64,000 nt of DNA. Source: Acidobacteriota bacterium. GTDB lineage: Bacteria > Acidobacteriota > UBA890 > WLXD01. The stretch is taken from positions 224,001-288,000 of the forward strand of contig CBDFKD010000002.1 in assembly GCA_965248695.1 (NCBI GenBank), written 5' to 3'. The notes under the pieces were generated by a model. It had not been told where the DNA came from. It was given only the letters and a program-made list of their open reading frames with translations, and ran no database searches. Below, piece after piece: positions 1 to 9,895 of this stretch (position 1 is the first letter of the stretch; every line of letters begins with the position of its first letter). The translations under genes and the position numbers were made by a program.

Positions 1-167
1 GGGTTGTTCTCGACGTCCACCAGGCAGATGCGGCAGTTGCCGGCGATCGACAGGCCGGGGTGGTAGCAGTAACGCGGAACGAAGATCCCGAGCTGTTCCG
101 CGGCCTGGATGACCGTGGTTCCCTCGGCGACCTCGATCTCGTGGTCGTCGATGGTTAGCTTAGGCAT
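1..167 (-). CDS. nuoG: NADH-quinone oxidoreductase subunit G, N-terminal part (runs off the window)
   Basis: Manual translation [53 protein letters not shown] shows the NuoG 2Fe-2S N1b motif. The ATG overlaps the end of nuoEF. Not in the ORF track. Confidence 0.9.
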   Translation of the reverse strand, partial: MPKLTIDDHEIEVAEGTTVIQAAEQLGIFVPRYCYHPGLSIAGNCRICLVDVENN

Positions 168-1962
168 GCACGGCCTCCACACTGTCGGCCTTGCGGCCGC
201 TGCTGATGTACTGCTCGAACTCTTCGCGGAACTTCGCAATATAGGACTGCACCGGCCACGCCGCAGCATCGGCGAACACGCAGATCGTCGTGCCTTCCAT
301 GTCGCCGGCTATCGCCAGCAGATCGTCGAGATCCTGCAGCCGCCCATCGCCGGCAATGATTCGGCGCATGATGCGGTGCACCCAGCCGGTCCCCTCGCGG
401 CATGGCGAGCACTGTCCACAGGACTCGTCGGCGAAGAACTTCGAGGCGGAGTCCAACGCATCGACCATCGAAGCGGTCTCGTCCATGACGATCACGCCGC
501 CGGAGCCCGCCATGCTGCCGGCTGCCATCAGGGAGTCGAAGTCCATCGACACATCGACCTCGTCCGCCGTCAGAACCTTGGCGGAAATACCGCCCGGGAT
601 GACCGCTTTGAGCTTGTTGCCGTCGCGCACGCCGCCCCCGTATTCCTCGTTCTCGATTAGCGCCCGTAGCGTGACGCTCACCGGTGCCTCGTAGACTCCC
701 GGGCGCACTACGTGGCCGCTGACGCAGAACAGCCGCGTGCCGCCCTGCCGCTCGGTGCCGATGGCGGCGAAGCTGTCGGCGCCTTCACGGAGGATGAACG
801 GAACACAGGCGAGCGTCTCGACGTTGTTGACGATCGTCGGGCTGGCGAACAGGCCCTCGATGGCCGGGAACGGCGGCTTGAGCTTGGGGAAGCCTTTGCC
901 GCCCTCGAGTGAGGTCAGCAGCGCGGTCTCCTCACCGCAGATGTACGCCCCGGCGCCGCGATGGATTACGACGTCGAGGTCGAAGCCGCTCCCCTGGATG
1001 TTCTTGCCGAGCCAGCCGCGCTCATGGGCCTCATCGATGGCGCGCTGCAGCCGCTGCGCCGACAGGAAGTACTCGCCACGGATGTAGACATACGCCTTGT
1101 GGCTGCCGATGGCGTAGGCGGCGATGATCATGCCCTCGAGCAAGTTGTGCGGGTCGCGCTCCATGATGTAGCGATCTTTGAAGGTGCCCGGCTCGCCCTC
1201 ATCGGCATTGACCACCAGGAACTTCGGCTTGTCGGTGTCCTTGGGAACGAAGGACCATTTCCGACCGGTCGGAAACCCAGCGCCGCCGAGCCCACGCAGG
1301 CTAGGGGCAGAGACCTCCTCGATCACCTGCTCCGGAGTCATCGACGAGAGGACCTTGGTGGCGGCGGCGTATCCACCGTCTGCGACAAACTCATCGAACC
1401 AGGCACCTTCCGGGTTGCCGAAGCGGTTCGAAAGGATGGGCCCGTCGGCGCAGATATACGGATCGGGCTCCGGTGTGATCTCCGCCGACCCCGGCTCACT
1501 GCGCGCGTCGTCGAGCACGTTGTCGACCGTGGCGCCTTCGAGCGGCCCGACGAACCGCTCATCGAGCTGCGCCATCGGCGCCATCTCACAGGCGCACAGG
1601 CACTCGGTCTCGGTCAGCAACACGGTGCCATCCGCGGTCGTCTCACCCGGCTTGATACCGAGGCTGTTCTCGATGCGCGCCAGGAGCTCTGCGCCGCCGC
1701 GTAGCAGGCAGGGCAGGCTGGTGCACACGCGTAGCTCCCGCCGACCCACCGGCTGGGTGTGGTACATGTTGTAAAAGGTGACCGCCTCATGCACCTGCGA
1801 GCGCGATACGCCCAGTACGTCACCCACCCAGGCCTCCGCGTCCTGGCTGATGTACCCCTGGTTCTGCTGCACGAGCCACAGAACCGGCAGCATCGCCGCC
1901 TTGGGGTACTCGTAGCGCTGCGCGATCTCCCGCGCCTGTCCCTCCAGGTCCGCCAACTTCAC
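160..1962 (-). CDS. nuoF: Fused NADH-quinone oxidoreductase subunits E and F
   Basis: N-terminal NuoE 2Fe-2S motifs (VCTSLPC...ECLCAC), then NuoF motifs [44 protein letters not shown] and TICVF. Confidence 0.95.
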   Translation of the reverse strand: MKLADLEGQAREIAQRYEYPKAAMLPVLWLVQQNQGYISQDAEAWVGDVLGVSRSQVHEAVTFYNMYHTQPVGRRELRVCTSLPCLLRGGAELLARIENSLGIKPGETTADGTVLLTETECLCACEMAPMAQLDERFVGPLEGATVDNVLDDARSEPGSAEITPEPDPYICADGPILSNRFGNPEGAWFDEFVADGGYAAATKVLSSMTPEQVIEEVSAPSLRGLGGAGFPTGRKWSFVPKDTDKPKFLVVNADEGEPGTFKDRYIMERDPHNLLEGMIIAAYAIGSHKAYVYIRGEYFLSAQRLQRAIDEAHERGWLGKNIQGSGFDLDVVIHRGAGAYICGEETALLTSLEGGKGFPKLKPPFPAIEGLFASPTIVNNVETLACVPFILREGADSFAAIGTERQGGTRLFCVSGHVVRPGVYEAPVSVTLRALIENEEYGGGVRDGNKLKAVIPGGISAKVLTADEVDVSMDFDSLMAAGSMAGSGGVIVMDETASMVDALDSASKFFADESCGQCSPCREGTGWVHRIMRRIIAGDGRLQDLDDLLAIAGDMEGTTICVFADAAAWPVQSYIAKFREEFEQYISSGRKADSVEAVHA

Positions 1963-3344
1963 CGGTCGAGCTCCCCGCCGATCATGTTCACCGACCCGAA
2001 GGTGGGAATCATGTCGGCGATCATCTCGCCTTCCAGAAGCGTCGACAGGGCCGACATGATGGCGAAACAGGGTGGCCGCACACGCACCCGGTAGGCGTTA
2101 CCGGCGCCGTCGCTGACGACGTAGAAGCCGAGCTCACCGTTGGCGCCCTCGACCGGGAAGTAGACCTCGCCATCGGGGGGGCGGACGCCATGGCCGTGCA
2201 TGACGAGCTTGAACTGCTGCATGAGCCCCTCGATATTGCCGTACGCATCTTCCTTCGGAGGCAGGAACGCGCGCTTCTCGTCGGTGGCGATCGAGGGATG
2301 GTAGAGACGACCGGAGCCTTCCAGCGTCGGGGGGGCGACGGCGCAGCCGTCCGCAATAGCATCGATGTTGCCCATCTTGGCGAGATCGACCATCTCAGCT
2401 GCCGGAATCGGACGTCCGGTCTCCGGGTTCACCAGCACGGGCCCGCCGGGTATCTGCTCCAACGCCCTTTCTACGATGCGCATCGACTGCTCCATCTCCG
2501 CCATGCGCACCAGGTAGCGGTCCATGTTGTCGCCGCGCGTCCCGACCGGCACCTCGAACGGGATCTGGTCGTAGACCGCATAGGGGCAATCCTTGCGGAC
2601 GTCGTACTCGGCGCCTGTAGCGCGCAGGAAGGGCCCCGTAATGCCGTAAGAAATTGCGTCTTCGGGCGAGATTGCGCCGGTGTCGTTCATGCGGTCCGCG
2701 AAGATGCGGTTGCGGGTGAGGAGGGCGTCCGACTCCTCCAGCACCGTGCGGGTTTCCTTGAACGCCTCGGCGCAGGCCTCGGCAAAACCCTCGGGCAAAT
2801 CGGCCTTCACGCCGCCGACACGGCAATAGGTAATCGTCAGCCTGGCGCCGGTGACCTTTTCCACCAGCTCCCACAGATACTCGCGCGCCTTGATCATGTA
2901 CAGGAAAACCGTAAAGGCCCCCAGTTCCATGGCGGTGGCGCCGACGCAGGTGAGGTGGTCGGAAACTCTCGAAATCTCCGACATGATGACGCGCACGTAG
3001 TGGCAACGCTCCGGCACGGAGATGCCCAGAAGCTTCTCCACCGCCATGCAGTACCCCATATTGTTGATCAGCGGCGAGACGTAGTTGAGCCGATCCGTGT
3101 ACGGGATCACGCCGTTGTAGTCGACCGTCTCCGACATCTTCTCGAAGCCGCGATGCAGATAGCCGATGTCGACGTCGGCCTTCTCGATCTGCTCACCCTC
3201 GAGCTTGGCGATAATCCGAATGATGCCGTGCATGGCCGGGTGCGCCGGGCCGATGTTGAGCATCATGTCGCGCGTCTCGAGGCCAGCGGCGTCGGGCTCC
3301 GAGATCGACCGCGTCTCGACCATCGGGTTCTTCTGGACGCTCAT
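1959..3344 (-). CDS. nuoD: NADH-quinone oxidoreductase subunit D
   Basis: GPAHPAMHG, GYLHRGFEK, DRLNY and C-terminal GELDR motifs. Confidence 0.95.
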   Translation of the reverse strand: MSVQKNPMVETRSISEPDAAGLETRDMMLNIGPAHPAMHGIIRIIAKLEGEQIEKADVDIGYLHRGFEKMSETVDYNGVIPYTDRLNYVSPLINNMGYCMAVEKLLGISVPERCHYVRVIMSEISRVSDHLTCVGATAMELGAFTVFLYMIKAREYLWELVEKVTGARLTITYCRVGGVKADLPEGFAEACAEAFKETRTVLEESDALLTRNRIFADRMNDTGAISPEDAISYGITGPFLRATGAEYDVRKDCPYAVYDQIPFEVPVGTRGDNMDRYLVRMAEMEQSMRIVERALEQIPGGPVLVNPETGRPIPAAEMVDLAKMGNIDAIADGCAVAPPTLEGSGRLYHPSIATDEKRAFLPPKEDAYGNIEGLMQQFKLVMHGHGVRPPDGEVYFPVEGANGELGFYVVSDGAGNAYRVRVRPPCFAIMSALSTLLEGEMIADMIPTFGSVNMIGGELDR

Positions 3345-3420
3345 GCCAGTGGCCCGTAACAGCGAGCTAGCGACTCAGGCGCGCACGCCACGACATGAAG
3401 GGGAGCACCGCTGTAGGGCA

Positions 3421-4002
3421 TCAGTTCTGGGGCCCGATCAGAGGCTGGCGTTTGTTGACGGGATAATCCTTGCGCAGCGCGTGGCCCTCGAACTCCTCGT
3501 ACATGAGGATGCGGCGCAGGTCTGGGTGCCCGGTGAAACGGATGCCGAACATGTCCCAGACCTCGCGCTCGAGCCAGTTGGCTCCGGGCCACAACGAGGT
3601 CAGCGAGTCCACCTCCGGTGCGTCTTCCTGGGCCGGCACCACCAGGCGCAGTCGGTGCTTCAGAGAGGTCGAGTAGAAGTGGTACACGACCGCGTAGCGT
3701 GCCTCGCTGGGCGGCCCCGGCCACGGGTCGGCATCGGGAATCTGCGGCGACGGCCTGACCGACACACCCGAGGAGGCGAAGAAAGCCCGTGCCGGGCTCT
3801 TCCCGAACATCGAGTAATCCACCGCCGTCACGTCGACGAGGAAGTTCATCTGTAGCGCTGCGTCCTCCTTGAGGAAACGAGCCACGTCCACCAGAGACTC
3901 CGGGCGCACCACCAGCGTGGCGTCGCCTCGATAGCTGTGTGAGGCGAGCGTGGCGTCCGGGAATCGGTCGGTGACCGATCCGATCAAGGAGTCGTTATCC
4001 AT
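3421..4002 (-). CDS. nuoC: NADH-quinone oxidoreductase subunit C
   Basis: WLEREVWDMFGIRFTGHPDLRRIL and HALRKDYP motifs. Start placed at ATG 4002 (MDNDSL), just after the nuoB stop. Confidence 0.92.
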   Translation of the reverse strand: MDNDSLIGSVTDRFPDATLASHSYRGDATLVVRPESLVDVARFLKEDAALQMNFLVDVTAVDYSMFGKSPARAFFASSGVSVRPSPQIPDADPWPGPPSEARYAVVYHFYSTSLKHRLRLVVPAQEDAPEVDSLTSLWPGANWLEREVWDMFGIRFTGHPDLRRILMYEEFEGHALRKDYPVNKRQPLIGPQN

Positions 4003-4004
4003 CG

Positions 4005-4526
4005 TCAGAAGATGTCCGGACGAGGTTCCGGTGCCGCCCGCTCGCCGGTCGTGTGCTGCATCTGGATCTTGTCCTGCAGCTTCATCAGGCCGTCGAGCAC
4101 CATCTCGGGTCGCGGCGGGCATCCCGGGATGTAGACGTCGACCGGCATGATCGTGTCGATTCCCATCACGGTGGCGTAGTTGTCGTAGAAGCCGCCGGTG
4201 CAGGTACAGACACCGAAGGCCACGACCCAGTTCGGGTCGGCCATCTGGTCGTGGATGCGCTTCAGCACCGGGGCCATCTTGTGGCTGATGGTGCCGACCA
4301 CGAACAGGACGTCGGCCTGGCGCGGCGAGAATCGTGGCAGGCCGGCGCCGAAACGGTCGACGTCGTAGTGCGAGCACGCGGTTGCCATGTACTCCATGCC
4401 GCAGCAGGCGGTGACGAACGGGTACTGGAAGATCGAGTACTTCCTGGCCCATCCGATCGCCGCGTCGAGACGGCTGGTGAAGTACGACGGTTCGCTTTGG
4501 CCGAAGTAAGACGGGTCGTTCTGCAT
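4005..4526 (-). CDS. nuoB: NADH-quinone oxidoreductase subunit B
   Basis: TACCGME, SPRQAD and VDVYIPGCPPRPE (N2 cluster ligands). Confidence 0.95.
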   Translation of the reverse strand: MQNDPSYFGQSEPSYFTSRLDAAIGWARKYSIFQYPFVTACCGMEYMATACSHYDVDRFGAGLPRFSPRQADVLFVVGTISHKMAPVLKRIHDQMADPNWVVAFGVCTCTGGFYDNYATVMGIDTIMPVDVYIPGCPPRPEMVLDGLMKLQDKIQMQHTTGERAAPEPRPDIF

Positions 4527-4527
4527 G

Positions 4528-4881
4528 TCACTTCCAGTCCAGGGCGCCGTTGTCACGCGCGTAGACGTAGCCGACCATCAGGATGCCGAGAAAGATCCCC
4601 ATTTCCGTCAGACCCAGCAGCCCGAGCCGCCGGTAAAGCACGGCCCACGGATAAAGGAACACGAGCTCTACATCGAACAGGATGAACAGGATCGCAGTCA
4701 GGTAAAACTTGACCGCCAGCTTGCCGATGGGCAGGGAGATGGGGTCCTGGCCGCACTCGAACGGCGCCAGCTTCACGTCGGTGCTGTTCTTCTTGCCGAG
4801 CACCGAGCCGAGCCAGACCATGGTTCCGGCCAGACCCCCGGCGAGCACGAACATGACGGCAATACCGATGTATTCGTTCAC
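4528..4881 (-). CDS. nuoA: NADH-quinone oxidoreductase subunit A
   Basis: PFECG and FILFDVELVFLYPWA motifs; three TM helices. Confidence 0.95.
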   Translation of the reverse strand: MNEYIGIAVMFVLAGGLAGTMVWLGSVLGKKNSTDVKLAPFECGQDPISLPIGKLAVKFYLTAILFILFDVELVFLYPWAVLYRRLGLLGLTEMGIFLGILMVGYVYARDNGALDWK

Positions 4882-4977
4882 GCTTCAAGAACCTCGATTG
4901 CGGGCGGCTGGAGACTCACTTGCAAAGTCAGTGTCCTGTAACGGTAGTCTGCGACGTATTGTGCAACGCTCCGGGCC

Positions 4978-6399
4978 TCATGGCGAGATCGCCCAGGACA
5001 TCAGGCCGGCCGGCAGAATTCCACCGACCAGGGTGACCAGAGCGGCTACCGCAAGCGCGGCGGTTACCGCGAGCGGAAAGCGTGCCGGGGCCGGGGCCAC
5101 GGTATCGCTCATGTACATGCGGACGGCGACCCGCATGTAAACAAATGCGGTGACCACGCTACAACCGACCGCTATCAGCGCCAGCGCGATCTGACCTGCC
5201 TGCACGGCGCTCGTGATGACGACGAACTTGGCGACGAAGCCGGCGGTTGGCGGTATGCCGGTCAACGACAGCAGAAACAGCAACATGACCGCAGCGGCCG
5301 CCGGTCGTTGCGATGCCAGCCCCTCGAACCCGTCGAGCGTCTCGCCGCGCTCACCCAGCGCGATGACCACCCCGAATGCGCCCAGCGTCATGAACACGTA
5401 GAAAAACGCGTACGTCATCGTCGCCGAGGCACCGGCGGGCGTGCCAGCGATCAGACCCAGGAGCGCGTAACCGGCATGGGCAATGGACGAGTACGCCAGC
5501 AGCCGTTTCATGTTCGTCTGCGACAGCGACAGGATGCTACCGGCGAGCATGGAAAGCGCCGCCAGCCCCACCAGGATCATGGTCATCACGACCGCCTCGG
5601 TTCCGAAGGCGACCATCACCACCCGGCCAAGCGCCGCCAGACCGGCCGCCTTGGAGCCGGCCGCCAGGAAACCCGCAACGGGTGCGCTGGCGCCCTGGTA
5701 GGCGTCCGGAGCCCAGGAGTGAAACGGCACCGCCGCGATCTTGAAGGCCAGCCCGCCCACCACCATTCCGACGGCGACCGCCATCAGTGCGGGATCCACC
5801 AGACCGCGTGAGTGAAGCGCCGAGGCGATTCCTCCATAGGAGGTCGTGCCAGTGAGGCCATACGTGAGGCTGATGCCGAAGAGCATCAGCGCCGAGGCGA
5901 ACGAGCCGAGCAGGAAATACTTGATCGCCGCTTCGTTGGACGTCGGCCGCTCGACGCGAATGCCCACGAGGATGTACGAGCAGATCGTCATCAGCTCGAG
6001 CGCCAGATAGAGCGGTATCAGATCGGTCGACGACGCCGCGATCATCATGCCGGTGGCAGCCAGCAACAGCAGCACGTGGTAATCGCCCAGCGGAACACCA
6101 TCGTCCTTGCGGCGGCCGGCCGACAACAGCGTGGCGAGCACGAGGGTGGCGGCGATCAGAAGCTTGAAGAACTGTGAGTACCCGTCGACCACCAGCATGC
6201 CCGCGAAGCCGCTGCTGACCCCGCCGGAAAGCGCTTGCACCGAGGCGATCGCGGCGACCAGCCCGGCTACCGCGGTGATGGCGAAGGCTGTCGGGCCCCG
6301 TCGAATGCGGCGTGCGGCAAGCATCAGCACGAGGACGACACCGACGAGGATCAACTCCGGTACCAGCAAGGCCAGATCGGCGATGCCCGGACCCCTCAC
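4978..6399 (-). CDS. nuoN: NADH-quinone oxidoreductase subunit N
   Basis: EAAIKYFLLGS, FKIAAVPFHSWAPDAYQG and RLLAYSSIAHAGY motifs. The GTG start overlaps the nuoM TGA. Confidence 0.92.
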   Translation of the reverse strand: MRGPGIADLALLVPELILVGVVLVLMLAARRIRRGPTAFAITAVAGLVAAIASVQALSGGVSSGFAGMLVVDGYSQFFKLLIAATLVLATLLSAGRRKDDGVPLGDYHVLLLLAATGMMIAASSTDLIPLYLALELMTICSYILVGIRVERPTSNEAAIKYFLLGSFASALMLFGISLTYGLTGTTSYGGIASALHSRGLVDPALMAVAVGMVVGGLAFKIAAVPFHSWAPDAYQGASAPVAGFLAAGSKAAGLAALGRVVMVAFGTEAVVMTMILVGLAALSMLAGSILSLSQTNMKRLLAYSSIAHAGYALLGLIAGTPAGASATMTYAFFYVFMTLGAFGVVIALGERGETLDGFEGLASQRPAAAAVMLLFLLSLTGIPPTAGFVAKFVVITSAVQAGQIALALIAVGCSVVTAFVYMRVAVRMYMSDTVAPAPARFPLAVTAALAVAALVTLVGGILPAGLMSWAISP

Positions 6400-7865
6400 T
6401 GCAATCCTCCGATGGCCAGCAACTCCGCTACCGGCACACGCAGATAGGACAGCACGAGCTCCGGATACAGACCGAGACACAGGGCAAGCAACACCAGCGG
6501 CGCCAGGGTCGCGATCTCACGTCCGTTGAGCTCGAGCGCCAATCCCTCCAGACCCGCATTGGGCTTCCCCATCACCACGCGGTAGAACAGCCACACCATG
6601 TAGGTAGTACCCAGCGCGACCCCCCAGACAGCGGCGACGCCGAGCCATGCTTGCGTCTTGAACGCGCCGCTGACGATGAGGAACTCGCCGACGAAGGAGT
6701 TCAGCCCCGGGAAACCGGTGGCGGCGAGACAAAAGAACGCCAGCAACGTGCTGTAGACCGGCGCCAGCTTGGCGACCCCGCCGTAGTCCTTGATCTCGCG
6801 CGTGTGGGTGCGCTCGTAGATCATCCCGACACAGAGGAACAACGCCGCCGAGATGATCCCGTGGTTGATCATCTGCAGGATTGCGCCCTCCACCCCACTC
6901 TGCTCCAGGGTGAAAATGCCGAGCGTCACGAACCCCATGTGGCTCACGCTGGAATAAGCGATCAGACGCTTCACGTCCGTCTGTACCAGGGTCACGTAGG
7001 CGCCGTAGACGATCGCCACCGCCGACACCAGCAGCATCGGGGTGACGAACAGCTGCACGCCCTCGGGAAGAATGGGCAACGACACCCGCAGAAACCCGTA
7101 GGCGCCCATCTTAAGCAGGATGCCCGCCAAGATCACACTTCCCGCCGTGGGCGCCTCGGTGTGCGCATTCGGCAGCCAGGTGTGCACCGGGAACATCGGC
7201 ACCTTGACGGCGAATGCAGCCAGGAAAGCGGCGAAGAGCCAACCCTGCGTGGCCGGGTCCAGTTGCTGGCGCGCCAACGCGAGCACCCTGAAGTCGAGGG
7301 TGCCAGTCGCTTGGTGGAGCGCGATCATGCCCACCAGCATCAGCACGCTGCCCGCGAGCGTGAAGATGAGGAACTTGACCGAGGCGAAAACTCGGCCCGG
7401 TCCACCCCACACCCCGATAAGCAGAAAGATGGGAATGACGATGAGCTCCCAGAAAACGAAGAACAAGAAGAGGTTGGAGGCCGCGAACAATCCGATCATC
7501 GCGGTCTCGGCGACCAGCAGCGCGGCATAGAACTCACGCTGCTTCGACTGCACTGCGGTCCACGAGACGCTGACGCAGAGCACGCTCAACAGCGCTGCCA
7601 GAAAGATGAACGGTAGGCTGATACCGTCGACGCCCATGCTGTAACTGATGTTCCAGCCCGGGATCCAGGCCGCCGACTCCACGAACTGCAGCGCGCCAGA
7701 GCTCTTGTCGAAGCCCGTATAGAGCGGCGCCGAGACCGCCAAGGTTGCGAGCGTGGTCGCCAGCGCGATCCAGCGCGCCCGCCGTCCGCCGCCAATCAGC
7801 AGGATCACGGCGACGCCCACCAGCGGCAGGAACGTGGCGACCGACAACACCGGATAGTCGGTCAT
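6396..7865 (-). CDS. nuoM: NADH-quinone oxidoreductase subunit M
   Basis: GVDGIS, FFVFWE, KVPMFPVHTWLPNAHTEAPT, LKMGAYG and YERTHTR motifs. Confidence 0.95.
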   Translation of the reverse strand: MTDYPVLSVATFLPLVGVAVILLIGGGRRARWIALATTLATLAVSAPLYTGFDKSSGALQFVESAAWIPGWNISYSMGVDGISLPFIFLAALLSVLCVSVSWTAVQSKQREFYAALLVAETAMIGLFAASNLFLFFVFWELIVIPIFLLIGVWGGPGRVFASVKFLIFTLAGSVLMLVGMIALHQATGTLDFRVLALARQQLDPATQGWLFAAFLAAFAVKVPMFPVHTWLPNAHTEAPTAGSVILAGILLKMGAYGFLRVSLPILPEGVQLFVTPMLLVSAVAIVYGAYVTLVQTDVKRLIAYSSVSHMGFVTLGIFTLEQSGVEGAILQMINHGIISAALFLCVGMIYERTHTREIKDYGGVAKLAPVYSTLLAFFCLAATGFPGLNSFVGEFLIVSGAFKTQAWLGVAAVWGVALGTTYMVWLFYRVVMGKPNAGLEGLALELNGREIATLAPLVLLALCLGLYPELVLSYLRVPVAELLAIGGLQ

Positions 7866-9625
7866 CGAGCCACCACCCAGACAAGCAACGCCACGATTCC
7901 GGCCGCCATGATCAACCCGTATTGCTGCGCGTGGCCGCTAACGGCAGTCTGCACGCCGCGGCTCAACAACTGCGTCAGGCGTCCCATCCCGACGATTCCG
8001 GAGTCCACCACGATGCTGTCGAAGCTGCGCAGGATGCGCGCCGCGCCGAGAACCGGCCGCTGGATGACGAACTCGTAGATCTCGCCCACGAAGCCGTACT
8101 CGAAGCGCGTCAACGGCTTGTTGACCAGCGCCAGGAATCCGACAGAGCCACGCCGATAAAACCAGTCCGTGTCGAGGCTGATCTTGGGCTCCGGATCGAG
8201 GTGCTTGAGCAGCAGGAAGAACCCCAGCGCGGTGAACCCGAGCATGCCCAGGGTGTTGGTGACGTGCGCCAAGGTGTACGGGTGGTACTCGACCGGATTG
8301 GGGAGGTACTGGTATAGGAGGCCGGGAAACAGACCGATCACGGTGCAGGCGACCGCCGCGATGCCCATCGCGGCGAGCATGTTGCCGGGGGGCTCCTGGG
8401 CTCGCACTCCGGAGTCCTTGCCGAAAAACATGTAATACGGGAGCTTCAGACCGGTATGCAGGAAGGTGCCGGCCGAGGCCAGCGTCAGGGTCAGGAAGAT
8501 CGCCGCCATATGCGCTTCACCGGCGGCCGAGACCACCATGGATTTGCTCACGAAGCCGCTGAACAACGGCACCGCCGAGATCGCGAACGCGCCGATCATG
8601 TACAGCCCGAGCGTGATCGGCATGGTGCGGTAGAGGCCGCCCATCTCGCTCAGCTTCCGTAGACCGGTGACCTGTAGCACCGCACCCGCGCCCATGAACA
8701 ACAGCGCCTTGTACAGAATGTGCGCGAAGGCGTGGGCGGTGGCGCCGTTGATGGCGAGCGCGGTGCCGATACCTACCCCACACACCATGTAGCCCACCTG
8801 GCTGATGATGTGGTACGCGAGCAGACGGCGCGCGTCGTTCTCGAGCACCGCGTAGACCACACCATAGACGGCCATCGCCGCCCCCAGCCACACCAGCAAT
8901 TCCGTACCGGCGAAACCGCGAATCAGCACGTAGACCGCCGATTTGGTGGTGAACGCGGTCATGAAAACACCGCCGGTAACGGTCGCCTCGGGGTATGCGT
9001 CAGGCAGCCAGGCACCGAAAGGCGGAACGGCGGCGTTGATGAGAAAGGCGACAAGAATCAGGGTCCAGGCGACGCCGCCCGAGAAGGGCCCCATGTCTCC
9101 GAAAGCGAGCGTTCCGGCCGCTGACCAATGGAGCACGATCCCGGCCAGCAGGAAGAGGCCGCCGACCACATGCACCAGTAGGTAGCGGAATCCCGCCGCA
9201 ACGGCAGATTCCTCGCGTCGCAGCCACACCAGGAAGACCGACGAGACCGCCATGAGCTCCCAGAAGATGTAGAGCGACAGGAAATCACCGGCGAACGTCA
9301 CGCCGAGCGCGCCGCCGGCGTACGTTAGGGCGCTGACGTGCTGGGAGTCGTCGACGACGTGCAGCGCGTAGACCATGCCCACGAAGGCCATGATCGAGAA
9401 CACGTAGGCGAACACCAGGCTCAGGCTGTCGGCACGGCCGAACACCAGCTCCTGGCCGAGGAAGCGCACCACACCGTAGGTCCCCGGTTCCGTGGTCCAG
9501 CAGGCAATGATGGCCGCGGCGGGCAACGCCAGCATCACCGCGCGCCGAATCTGACCCTTGAGCAAGGGCAGAGCCCACGCTCCGAAGATCAGGATCAGCC
9601 CGGGGTGTACCCACTCGAGGCTCAT
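7862..9625 (-). CDS. MrpD-type cation/H+ antiporter subunit with a NuoL-like C-terminal helix, in the nuoL position
   Basis: WELMAVSS, WLPDAYPEAT, AFTTKSAVY, RRLLAYHIISQVGYM and HAFAHILYKALLFM are Mrp antiporter D-family motifs. The C-terminal tail resembles the NuoL lateral helix plus last TM. Confidence 0.8.
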   Translation of the reverse strand: MSLEWVHPGLILIFGAWALPLLKGQIRRAVMLALPAAAIIACWTTEPGTYGVVRFLGQELVFGRADSLSLVFAYVFSIMAFVGMVYALHVVDDSQHVSALTYAGGALGVTFAGDFLSLYIFWELMAVSSVFLVWLRREESAVAAGFRYLLVHVVGGLFLLAGIVLHWSAAGTLAFGDMGPFSGGVAWTLILVAFLINAAVPPFGAWLPDAYPEATVTGGVFMTAFTTKSAVYVLIRGFAGTELLVWLGAAMAVYGVVYAVLENDARRLLAYHIISQVGYMVCGVGIGTALAINGATAHAFAHILYKALLFMGAGAVLQVTGLRKLSEMGGLYRTMPITLGLYMIGAFAISAVPLFSGFVSKSMVVSAAGEAHMAAIFLTLTLASAGTFLHTGLKLPYYMFFGKDSGVRAQEPPGNMLAAMGIAAVACTVIGLFPGLLYQYLPNPVEYHPYTLAHVTNTLGMLGFTALGFFLLLKHLDPEPKISLDTDWFYRRGSVGFLALVNKPLTRFEYGFVGEIYEFVIQRPVLGAARILRSFDSIVVDSGIVGMGRLTQLLSRGVQTAVSGHAQQYGLIMAAGIVALLVWVVAR

Positions 9626-9631
9626 GGGCGA

Positions 9632-9895
9632 TCAGTCATCATAGTGATCCTCGGGGCGCATCAGCCAGGCTTTGCCGATGAGCTTCGAGACGATGATGAT
9701 GACGGCGCAGGAGACGAGCCCGTAGATCGAGCCGAACGCCGGAAAGCTCTCGAACCCGAAGTGAGGGTGGCCGGGACCGAAGATCAGCGGCAGCACGACC
9801 TCGGCCACCACGATCAATCCCAGCCCGACGTAGAACAACAGCTTGATCCGCGCGAACCGCGCCGGGTCTTCCAGCTGCCTCTCCAGGAAGCTCAT
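9632..9895 (-). CDS. Small 2-TM membrane protein of the kind found between paired MrpD genes
   Basis: 87 aa, MSFLERQ...HPHFGFESFPAFGSIYGLVSC...LMRPEDHYDD. The ATG overlaps the upstream stop. Confidence 0.75.
   Translation of the reverse strand: MSFLERQLEDPARFARIKLLFYVGLGLIVVAEVVLPLIFGPGHPHFGFESFPAFGSIYGLVSCAVIIIVSKLIGKAWLMRPEDHYDD

Noticed and set aside
3421-4452. 343-aa extended NuoC
   Set aside because: The extension is an off-frame overlap of nuoB; the real start is ATG 4002.
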